A DNA stretch of 64,000 nucleotides from Geosiphon pyriformis uo1 (Eukaryota > Fungi > Glomeromycota): assembly GCA_016748015.1 (NCBI GenBank), contig JAAOMT010000231.1:145453-209452 (forward strand), written 5' to 3'. How positions within the stretch are numbered: the stretch's first letter is position 1; every line of letters begins with the position of its first letter. Below the pieces are notes generated by a model. That model ran no database searches. It was given only the letters and a program-made list of their open reading frames with translations, and was not told the DNA's origin. Both the position numbers and the translations under genes were made by a program. Shown piece after piece: positions 26,078 to 37,452 of the stretch.

Positions 26078-26943
26078 ATGAGAAGACAATATTCATTTTT
26101 CGTGGGATTTTATTTTGCAACATTTTTGGTAAGGCCCCGGCGTTGTTATTGACAAGAAATTCATTTTGAAATTTTTTATTCAAGTTCTTTTAACGAAATG
26201 GAGTTTTTTGAACGGGCAGACAATTTCAGTCAATACAATAGAAACTAAATCGGGAATAATTTCATTGAAAAGTTTTAACACTTGGTATAGTTGTAGTACT
26301 AATCTTGTGAATGCTGCCAGTAAGTTTCTTTAATTAACTGTTTCTTTATTTGATGCTTTTTCAAATACTAAAATTTAATTACTCAACCAAAATTTATTTT
26401 CTTTCTTAATAAATAAATTGTTAAGGTTACCAATTAGAAATTACTGATGGGTCCAAATATGTTTCGCCTGATTTGGGGACAACTGTTAATCAAGCTCCAA
26501 TAAAATTTGAACAGAATTATTCTCCTGGCGTAGTCACTGCAATACTCGGTTATCAGGATTTACAAGATTATATTAATCCCAATACGGCACAATTTTTTTA
26601 TGTTCGAGATCTATCCTGCATAGATTCACCTGTTTCCATATGCGAAAAAAATATGGGAAATTGGCCTTTAAGAAATAATACGATTTGGTGTTTAGCTGTA
26701 ACCAATCCTATATCGAAGGATGTACAATTTCAAGTAAATGCCATTTTTGGACCTTCATCTGTTACAAGTCCTAACGTTGACGCTAATTCAACCACTGGCA
26801 GTACTACCACCACCTTTATTACTGAAACTTCCAAAAACGGTGGTGGATTCACTCTCAAGGAGTCAAATCTGGAGGCTATCATGATTTGGACTTTATCATT
26901 AATTTTTCTCTTGCCTATTTTTTATTTATTCATCAATTTTTAG
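26078..26943 (+). CDS. Secreted/GPI-anchored Cys-containing surface protein (paralog 2)
   Basis: Three exons with the same intron phases as 13245-14289; TWYSCS, YINP, LSC, WCLAVTNP, Ser/Thr stalk, hydrophobic C-terminus. Confidence 0.85.
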
Positions 26944-27757
26944 TCAAACCTTTAATCTGTATCATACAGTTGAAATGAATTCTACGTTTAAATACATTAC
27001 TTGAGAAACTGGATCATAATGGAGCCACTTTTTATAATGTCTGAGGATTTGAATATATTAATCAATGTTACTAGAGTATATTATTTTATTATATGAGAAT
27101 AGCCAAATATTCTTAAAAAATTCAAAATATATATATTTCTATTAAAATCTAATATCTCCCTATGCATCTGGAAAACTAGGAAGATTCTAGAAAAGATTTA
27201 TCAAGAAATTGTTTTTGGAACACCAAAAAAGCAGTTTATAATTTTAATAAAGTATATCTTTATTAAAACAATATTTTCGTTCAATAATTTTTTCGTCCAA
27301 AGTATTAGGTTAATTGGAAATAATGGGAATTTTGAAAAGCTGGTTGTGTAATAAAAGTTATTTTTCAAAATTTTCACAATATTTCACGATCCATTTCTCT
27401 TATTCCCCACGTTATTAATCAAGTTCACTCTTATTCGGGGAATCGTTTTTTCACATTTATCTTAATAAGGCCTCTAATCAAAAAAATAAAAATGATTATC
27501 ACTTGCTTCTACGCTTCAGAAATTAAATCGAACGCCACTCTGACAAAAATATGATGATCATAACTAACTTTTTAAAGGTGGTGGTATTTTTCATTTTATT
27601 ACGACATTATGACACAATTTCAGGGTCTAGAAACTTTTATAAATGACAAAGGTAAAGGGAGCGATGAAAATAAGAATTATTATATAAAAAGCCCTCAAAA
27701 TTACATTGCAAAGAAGCAATCCTTAACAACTTTTAATAAAATTCAAACGGAGCAAAC

Positions 27758-28482
27758 ATGAGCGGTGAAGAAAGCCAAAAATACGTGCAAGCTTGGTGAG
27801 CGAGATTGTTCAATAAATTGTGATTTTAAATTTTTAAAGCATTGTTACTACCATTTTCATCACGTTTTGGTAAAAGTAACAAGAGTGCTGAGGCTTGCAA
27901 CGTAAGCTCCGTTTGGTGAAAGCCCGGACTCAATTTGTTTTACCTTTAACACTTTTCATAATTATTACTTGAATATCGTTAGAATTGTGCTGAGAAGATG
28001 AAAGAGGAAGGTTGCGCAAAACAATGCCGTACTAACGCTGGTGAGACTTGAGGCTCTTCAATCTTTCTTTTGGACAATTTTAAAACTTGAATCTTTAATT
28101 AAAACCATTTGTGTGCTACAGAGCTCGCTAATTGCACTTCCAAATTGATTTCCCTTAATTCACCTCAAGCTCCTAAGCTTGCTGAATTGACCGTTGAGTC
28201 AGCCAAATTGTGCGCCAGCATGTGGTAAGCCACGTTTCTCTAAAAGAAATAGTCGCAATGTAAATTTCTAATTGTCTTCAAATTCATTTTTACATTTATG
28301 TTAATCCAGCGGAAAAGTGGGTTTGGAAAAGTTAAATTCTCATGTATTTTCCCTTTTTTTTTTGTGAAACTAACCCCTCTTTTATATGATAGCGTGAAGA
28401 GGATCACTGTAAAGCTTGTACTGAAGCCGCAAGACATCTCTACGAAACCTTGGGCGAGTACCAAAATCATGTTAAAGCCTGA
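27758..28482 (+). CDS. csp3: Csp3/DUF326-like four-helix-bundle copper-storage protein homolog (106 aa)
   Basis: Exons 27758-27795, 27877-27901, 27983-28040, 28122-28224, 28310-28316, 28393-28482 (all GT-AG) give MSGEESQKYVQACNKSAEACNNCAEKMKEEGCAKQCRTNAELANCTSKLISLNSPQAPKLAELTVESAKLCASMCGKREEDHCKACTEAARHLYETLGEYQNHVKA. Confidence 0.82.
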
Positions 28483-31110
28483 AAAGGAACACAACTTATC
28501 CTAAAATAATCACGTTATTAGAACGGTGATTATTCTATTTTATTGATAGGAATATTTGGATCATTGTCATTTTGAAATCTTTTTGCGCTATTGTTTTATC
28601 ATTGAAAACCATAAAAGAAAAGAATGGTCAGTTTGATTGTGTTCATATGAAAAAAATAACCAGTGAGATTTGAAGTACAAGTGTCGTTGAAATATTCGAT
28701 AGTTAAATTACAAAGAACAATAGGGTTTGGAATTTTATAGTTATTATTTGCCACTCGATTTTACCCCTAGCATTATCGATCGCATGATCTTGGTCGTTAT
28801 ACCAAACTTTCGGCAGCGTTTTATTAATCTTTTTATCTTTAGGACAAGTGGTTTATTGCTGATCGAGGTTGGGCTGCCTTTAAGCACTTTGTTCAAGAAA
28901 ATACAGACTATATCACATTAAAGAAATTGATTTTTCAGAATGAATTTTTAGTCAGTTTATTCGTTTTCTCATCTATGCTGAATACATTAGGCGAGATTTT
29001 CTTTTTGTTACAGCTAAAAACGCGCTCTGTGAATATTTTGAAACAAAGATATTTCTCGCACATGGGTTGGTTTAAGGTTCAAGATTTTCACTTTTATTCC
29101 CAAATATGACTACTAATTAAACATTCAAAAGGTTCATTTTCTCGATAAAAAAAATATAAACTATGAATAATTCTGAATCATGTTATCAAAAGAGAAATTT
29201 TATTTTGAAAGAGTTAAAAATCCTAATTTTTAATGAATTTGGTTGTTAAAAGCTTATATACAAATTTTCTCAACATAAATCTTTAAAGTTAGAATGAAAT
29301 ATGTACATACACAATAATTTAATTTTGGAATTTTATATATCATTGATGTTAGAAAAAATGTTAGTCAAAAATGATAAGAAAAATAAGCTTGGTTGGTTTA
29401 AGTTTAGTATAAGAAAATATCAGTCATAATTTTCATGGTTATTTTGATTAAAAAAACAAATAAAATTCGAATGTAATTCTAATTTAAATACTCAATTGGT
29501 ATTTATGTTTAACAAGACTGTTTTAATGTTTTCAAAAGAATTAAGATTATTGAAATACAGTATTTATGTAAGAATATAAGTGACAAGATTTTCTGATTTA
29601 TTATTTGGTTTCTTTGTTATACTTTAAATTCATAAACTTTATCTTTTATAATAATTCTTCTCTGTTCTTAATATTTAAATTTAATTCCAAATAATTATGT
29701 TTATATTGTACATATAAATTATTATCATGTTTTATAACACCAACCCATTAAATTAGCAAATTCAAGATATCAAAAATTATCTTAGTTAAAATAGCTTTGA
29801 ACAATAAAAAAGAAAGCTTGATTTACAAAAATTCAATCTTTGGGTTGTATTATATGTTATTTTCTTTTAAAAATTATATATATAAGAAGGCTTGTATTCG
29901 ATGAATACAGATTTATATCAGTCACATTTTTATTTTTTTTTCAATTTTAAAAATATAATTTTATTATTTGTTGTTTGTAAAAAAAAAGCTTGAATATAAG
30001 ATAAATAAAATGAATTATTTACTTTAAAGATATTTAAAAAAATTCTGGTGTCTGGAATTCTATCCTCCATTACACTTTATGCAAATATATGAAAATAATT
30101 TTTTCCTTTTTAATAATATAATAATTGATGGATTTGATTTTATCAAGAAACCAGCTCTGGAGGAAAGAATCCCAAAATTTTAAGCCAAAACTTTGTTTTG
30201 TAAGATTTATCAAAACTATTTGAACATAATTAAACCATTGCGAAATGGTAATGGCTGTAAAGTTAAAAAGTTGTACCAAAGAAGGCGGGATATTTCCAAA
30301 ACCTGGAGTTCGCCCCACAGACATGTAATTTTCATAAAAAAAACTTTTATTACAAGTGGCTAGCAATTTCTTCATAAAAGTATCAAAATAAGATTTTACC
30401 CACTTTCTCTGAACTAAAATAGACATACAAACCCATGACATGTATAAGAAATAAAGAAATCTTTCTTAAATAGAAAAAGTCCAAATTCCAAGTCATCATG
30501 CCAAAGACCCTCACAATAAACAAAAGGAAAACAAAAAAAAAGTTTGTTGATAACTACAATTTTACTTGCATAGAAATTTGAATAAAATTCAAAGATCAAT
30601 TTATGAAATCCTTTTTTTCTAAAACTTTAGTTAGTTCAAAGATTAATATAATGGGTAGTTAATTGTGTGATGAAGTTTGATTAAACATTTTGTTAATCTA
30701 ACAAGGCCACAAATTCAGCCATGAAAATTCTTCATTTGGTAATTCTAATTAACAATGAATTTTTAGTTTATCGTTGAATCTGGCTTTTTAAAAACTGATA
30801 AAAGATTTAGTATCTTTTAAATCAAATATCGAACAAGTTTTTTACCATTTCCGTCTCGCTTCATTAATTTGAAAAATGAAACTGAAAAATGATTGGGGTA
30901 GATGTGAATTTCGAACTTTGTTTTCATTATAGTTTTGCTAATGAAGGTTTAAACATTATGTATTTGAACGGTAAAAAGTGAAATTTCTTGGTAAAATCGA
31001 TTTTCTAGATTCAAAAATTAACGGATTTATTTTGGAAATAAAATTTTAGCCACAAATTAGGGAATCATAGAAACTAATAATTTCAGGAAGGATATCAAGA
31101 AAAAGTTCTT

Positions 31111-31749
31111 TCATGAATCATTATAAAGCATAAATGGACCTGAGGTTCCCCAGTTCACATCGTCAAGGGTAACCTTGAAATAATAAAATGTACCATCACG
31201 TTTGACTTTAGTTTCAGGGGTAACTGACGCTTCCCCAAGGTTAAAAGCATACTGAAAAAATATTTTAGCATGAGAAAATTAATTTATTACAGGAATCAAA
31301 TCATTTTCAAAAAATTTACCTTATTTGAAAATGTCTGTAAAAGTGTCTTTGTATCATCATAGCTTTTTGACCAAAGTTCGAGTGTCAAATTCGCTTTTAA
31401 AAAAAAAGAAATTTTTTTTAAGATTAGTAATTTCAAAACAATTCTTAAAAATCTAAAATTTCTCGCGAGATTTCATAATGGTCTACCTACCATTCGGATC
31501 TTTGACAAGAGTCGAGTCCACCTTCCATTTGACCACAATCGGGGATTCGATTGCCCATGGACCAGGTAATGGTGACGAAACATCAATATTGCCGTCTTTA
31601 GTTTGTGGTAATTGTGTCCTGAACATTTTTAATCCATCGAAAGTTGGGGCTTTATTCGATTCATGGTTAACCTCATTCTCTGGCGTTGGAAAAAATATTA
31701 TCACTCCAGCGATAAGCAAGAAGGTACATATGGTCACAAAATATTTCAT
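31111..31749 (-). CDS. Small secreted beta-sandwich protein (Kre9/Knh1 N-terminal-like), paralog A
   Basis: Signal peptide MKYFVTICTFLLIAG; three exons; GNIDVSSPLPGPW..W..YYFKVTLD..WGTSGPF; stop at 31111. Confidence 0.82.
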
Positions 31750-32406
31750 TGTAGATTGGAATGTTGATAAAGCACTTTTGGAATTTACTTGTTTGAAACA
31801 ATAAAATTCATTGAACATCTATTTAAAGAAGGAAATTGAGTTGTAACACATTTTAGGGATTGCTTTTATATTATATCGTCATCCATTCTGCAATGAGGCT
31901 GAATTGTATGCAGGTGATTTTCCGTGTCACTACTTAATTAGCGATATAATACAAGATAAACTTTCATCAAAATATCCAATATTTTTAATAAAATTTAAAA
32001 GTTTACCAAGAATCAAAGTAGATTTTTGAAATTTTCTAAAGAGAAGGAATCATTATTTCGAGGAAAAAATTTACTTTTCACAAATATCTTTGTAACATGA
32101 TTGCTGAGACGAAATGATAATGAAGTATTCTAGACTGACGATCCAATAAGGGAAAATTCGAAAATAATTTACCCATTTAATAGAATAAATATTTATGTTG
32201 GCTAAGGTAAATCCGAATGTTGTACAATCATTGTCAAAATATAAATAAATAGCAACACATTCCTTAACTTGTAAAAGCCGATACAAAATAAAAACTTACT
32301 TCATAAGAAGCTCATTTGAATACTCTATTAATAAGCTTGTTTAAATGGGTTGTTTCGTTCGGATTCTACTCATTTTTGCGAGTGTTTTTCAATAGCTATA
32401 AACGAA

Positions 32407-33036
32407 ATGATTTTACTAATACTGTGGTTAAATCTCCCATTTATTTTTCCTTGGTTTTTAACGATCACGCAATGTATTGCATACCAATCTGAAAATCTAT
32501 CCTTAAAAAATTGGCAAGAAAATGTAAAACGACTTTCATACTTTGAACTTCCAAAAACGAAATCAGGAAACATTGATGTTTTTCAACCACTACCTGGTCC
32601 TTGGGAACAAAATACCGTCATTCTGATAAGATGGAGTTTGAACCGTACAGCATTGATTTTGAACAATGAGCCAAAGAATGTCCTTTCTTCATTTTCAAAT
32701 TCGGGGGACCAATTAGAAAAATACACAGTAACTATAAAAATTTTTGAGAAATTCTTCAACGGATCAAGTATTTTTTTTCAAAATATATCAGAAAAGGTAG
32801 GTGATCCAATTTAATTATCTATTAAAAAAAAACTTTCAAAGAGTAATTCTATCTAAAAGTTCTCTAAAATAATTTTGACTTTTGAAAAGTACGCTTACGA
32901 TGCTGAAGCTGCCTCATTTCTAGCTGACAAGCGATTCAAAACTGACGGGTCTGTATACTATGTAAATGTAACACTTGATTCCCAGAACTATGGAACTTCG
33001 GGTCCATTTGAAATAAGATCAAGTGACAAATCATAA
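32407..33036 (+). CDS. Small secreted beta-sandwich protein, paralog B
   Basis: Hydrophobic N-terminus; exons 32407-32796 and 32890-33036; GNIDVFQPLPGPW..W..YYVNVTLD..YGTSGPF. Confidence 0.82.
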
Positions 33037-34049
33037 AATTTTAAAGAAATAAAACTGTATAAAATATTTTATTTAGGCGAAAATATTATAAAATTAGTCC
33101 TATCTTTGATGGAATATTTTTTAATGAAAGTTGAAAGGTCGATCTGTAAATTTTCCTCTAAATATCTTTATCTTTAAAGTTAAAATACAATCTCTATTAT
33201 CTAAAGTTGAAAAAAACCTCTATTATGACATTTTTAAGAATGTTTCTCTGCACAGTATTTGGGTTATGATTATTCCTCAAATCAAAAGATCCATTTGATT
33301 GAGTAAATTTTCACTTGAAAACTTTCGATTTTGAAATATTCCTAAAATAATTATGTCAAGTCACTTATTATGCTAATTAAACCGAATTTTCACGAACCCA
33401 GTAAGTGAGATGATTGAACGATTTGTACTATAGAATGCAAGAAAAAAGTTGCATATCTGTTTTATCTTGGAGATTAACCTTATTTGTTTTTAAGTATATA
33501 TAATCACTGCTTTTTTCTATCATAATCCTTTTTTAATCTTTGATCTAATCTATTAATAATCTTACCATTTATGTAGGCATTTATAAATGGTTTCATTTAG
33601 TTATTTTAAAAAAAGATGTAATTATTCATTATATTATGAACTTGGTTGTTTAAACTAAATATTTGGCTCTTTTAAAAAAAATTATTTAAAAATTGCTTTT
33701 AAAAAACAATTTTGATTAATTTTAACATTTTTCAATTAAAATATATAAATTATTTTGTGTTTATTTAATATTATAATTATAAACTGTTTTTAATTTTTAT
33801 TTATATTATTATAATTTATTTGTTTTTAATTAAAGATAAAATTGCAAATATAACAAAATAAACAATATATTTAAATGATCAATTAAAAAATTATTAATTA
33901 TTATTATTATTTCATATTTAACATGTAATTTTATTATTATTTATTACAATAGAACAAAAAAATGTTTTAAAATAAATATAATTCATGCATTTTTTACATA
34001 TAACCAAATGTGTGTTCAGTTAAGACTAAACCATGTTGAATATAATAAA

Positions 34050-35500
34050 AAAAACCTATTTTAAAGAAACATTTTTTACATATAAACAACATATATATTA
34101 TTATTATTTTAGCAAATATTTTTTTATTGATAACAATAATTGAAACTATTTATATTTACTTTTTTTTAATCTTAAATTTTAATTTAAAATTTACTACCTT
34201 CTTAATCAAATCATTTATTATCTTATATAAAAACTTGAAATTAATCTTAATTAAATTCAACTTATTTTTGATAACTGCATTTTTTACAAAAAGAACAAAA
34301 AGCAAAATATAATTAAAATAATTAAATAACCAATAAGTTCAACTATTAATCTTATCAAAAAAGACAAATTTATTAACTGTTTTTTTAAAAAAACAAATTA
34401 AATATTTATATTAAACTTAAAGCATAAAATTAAAACACTAAAAAAGCAGCAGCTTTAACATAAAACATTAAACCAGTAAAACAAAATGATTAAAAAGCTT
34501 TAAATAACTATAAAAATCTCAAAAATTTGTTAAAAAATTATTTTAAAGGCTACTAATAATTAAAAACCAAATATTTTAAACTTTAATACTTAAAATAGTG
34601 CCAATATTTAAAAAAATTTTTATCAAATTAGGTTTAATAATAGTTGTATTTAAATTAATTTTTAACAAAAAAAGTTTGATTATTTATATAAAAAATTAGT
34701 AAATTGATTTCAAAAACAATACAGCTAAAAAGAAAATTTTTAACATTGTTTTTTAATCAAAACTAATTAACAAATAATAACAACTATAACAGCATATTAT
34801 TAAATACCAGCAAATTTTAATTTTATATCAAAGATTTTACTAAAAACATTTAAAGTATTTTTAATATTAATAATTAAAACATTATTAAATATAATTTACA
34901 AAGCAATAACAGAAAAAAATATGAATTTAATAACTATTAAAAACTTAGCAATCTTAAACATAATAAAACAAATAAAATTAACAAGTTTATCTTAATAGTA
35001 ATATTCAAAAAAACTTGAAATGCAAATTTTATACAGAAAAATTTAATATTGTTTTTAAAAACTAACTTTATATTAATAAAATTATATACCAATTAAAAAA
35101 CAATCTTAACATAAATTAATTTAATCTTACAAGATATATCAAATATTAAAATAAAGGTTTTTATCTAAAAAACTTTTGTTAATTAATAATTGTTTTTTAA
35201 TAACATCAAAAACAATATTATAAGAAAACAAAAAATTAAATAAAGTTATATATAAAAAGAAAAGCTGGCTTTAATAAGATCTTAAAAGAAAAAAAATTTC
35301 TACTTAAAGCCAAAAAAGATGTTTTAAAACTATTAAAAAACTGTTTTACTATAATATTATTTAAAAAAGTATTTTTACAAAGTGTTAACAAGTAGTTTCT
35401 ATAGTTATAAATGTATTTTTAGTGAAAATATTACCAGTAACTTCAGATATTATAGTGGTTGGCTTTTTTATTCTTTGTTTTGAACACAGCCATAAAAATA
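34050..35500 (+). mobile_element. G/C-eroded transposon relic
   Basis: A+C skew on the plus strand, essentially no CpG, coding-like texture without an ORF; mirror image of the 7-9.5 kb relic in composition. Confidence 0.45.
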
Positions 35501-36076
35501 AAAGAAAAAAAAATTATATTAATTATATTTTTGATTTTGATTTTTTTTTAAAGTTTATATATATATATTAATATTTATATTATTATATTTTTATTTTAAA
35601 ATTACATCAAACACTTATATTTTCTTTCTTAAAAGCTAATATGATTATTAACAAAAAAATAAATAATATAGTAACTTTATTTTGAATTATTATTTTATTT
35701 ATCTTTAAGTTGTTTACATTATATATTAAAAAAACAAAAATTAAGAAACAAAAGTTATAAAATTTCAAATAATTATTTAACTTTAAAATCCGAGTTTTAT
35801 GATTTTAATATATTACACTTGTAAAAATATTAAAATTATAGGATTGACTAACAGTGGCTGATTTGGCCTATACTTTTAATGAAGTAAAAAAATAAAAAAC
35901 TTTGCATTTTGCGATAGATGGTTTCAGTGCAAGCTATTAAAATTTTGTAGCTTCACAAATGAAAATTTCGCTAAAAATAAAATAACTAATTATGTCATGA
36001 ATTTATTTGTCTCAATAATAATTTTTTATGTTTGATTTATGAAAGCTCTATTGAAAAGAATGATATATTGTTTTAG

Positions 36077-37452
36077 TTAATTTGATAAAAAATGGGATTT
36101 GTGAAAACGACCTAGAATATAAAGCAGATTTTTATATTTTAGCTTCCAATGTAAAAAGGATCCTGGACTACATTATAACGCGTATGGGGCAATCTCTTGA
36201 AAAAGATGGGCCTATGAACACTTATGAGAAGGATTTTGTAGCCATTCTGGAAGATAAATCTCTCTTCGATCTCCAGATAAATCTTCCTAATGACGAAGTT
36301 GTCTTAGCGCACAAGTATCTAAGATTTTTTTTTGAAAGGGTTTCACTTATATAAATTAAAAAATTAAAAATCTACTCCCTGAATAGGTTCCTCTTGATTG
36401 CTCGTTGCCCCAAATTTCGAAAATTGTTTTGCGAAGTCAATCAGTCCAATTCTAAAAACAAGGGAGTAAATTATTCCTCAATTCGGTCGGACTTAGACTT
36501 AGAGGCGGTAGACCTTCAAAAAGTTATAGGGGCAACTGGCTTAGACCCAAAATCAGTCTCAAAAGCATTTCATGAACTTCATTATTATTTCTACCATGAT
36601 AGGGTGAATTGGGACAACGTTTTTAATGAAAACCAAACTCTGATTTCATTTGGAATGCTCATTGAACGCTTAGAAGTTGTGAATTTGATTGAGCCAACAA
36701 ATCTGAACTTAATATTTTACGTTTCCCGCAGTCCCATTGATCGTTTTATTGATCTTTTAAATCAAATACTTAAATTTAAAAATTATGAAAAGTCCTGCAA
36801 AGAAGACTTTTTCACGATCTTGCAAGAGCTTGTTGTCAGCGGTATTGCAAATAATCTCGAAGAACCTGGTGTTGAAATCTTGTCACTCCCTGCATTAAAG
36901 CTTGTTCTTCAATTCTCTTCTGAATCGTTAAACACTGAACAGAAAACTCAAGTCTTGGTGGGTTAAATTATTTAAAAAATTTCTTTTTTTCATCTAACTT
37001 TCAAGATTCAGTGGCCAATTAATACCTTTAATACTCAAATAATATTTTTAGGGAGTGTCGGACCATAATATTGAGAAAGAAACCCAAAAGTTCTGCCTTA
37101 TTATTAGGTGGGTCGAGGCAAATTCCCCAATTGAGATTGAAAAACATGATCTACTTGGCCTTGTGAGTTTAAGTAATGTAAGGCCGCAAGTGCTTATTCA
37201 AAATGTAATTTTTTGCTTTTTTGATTCCAATCTGTATTTAGGTTTGTAGCTGAAGTAACTACAAGTTTTTGAAATTCATAGATGAAAATGATTAACAAGA
37301 TCTCACCAGCTCGGTACCAAACTATTTTGGAAGAAACTTTTGTCAATTTAGCAAGAAGTCCTCTCACTTTAACATTAGAAAAAGAAAATCAACATTTGCG
37401 TGATCAAATAAAGGCTTTAAAACGGGGAACTGCAGATAAATCCAAAAAATAG
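36077..37452 (+). CDS. BTB/POZ-BACK domain protein (5' end unresolved)
   Basis: DLQINLPNDEVVLAHK|FLLIARCPKFRKLF (BTB), AFHELHYYFYHD, LSLPALKLVL, E..KF..IIRWV (BACK); GT-AG introns; stop TAG 37450-37452. Confidence 0.8.

Noticed and set aside
28240-28504. ORF-track calls 28240-28494 (-) and 28298-28504 (+)
   Set aside because: They span introns of the Csp3-like gene in the wrong frame or strand.
30070-30599. Two minus-strand ORFs (123 and 61 aa)
   Set aside because: No recognisable domain or splice structure; may be a relic but unsupported.
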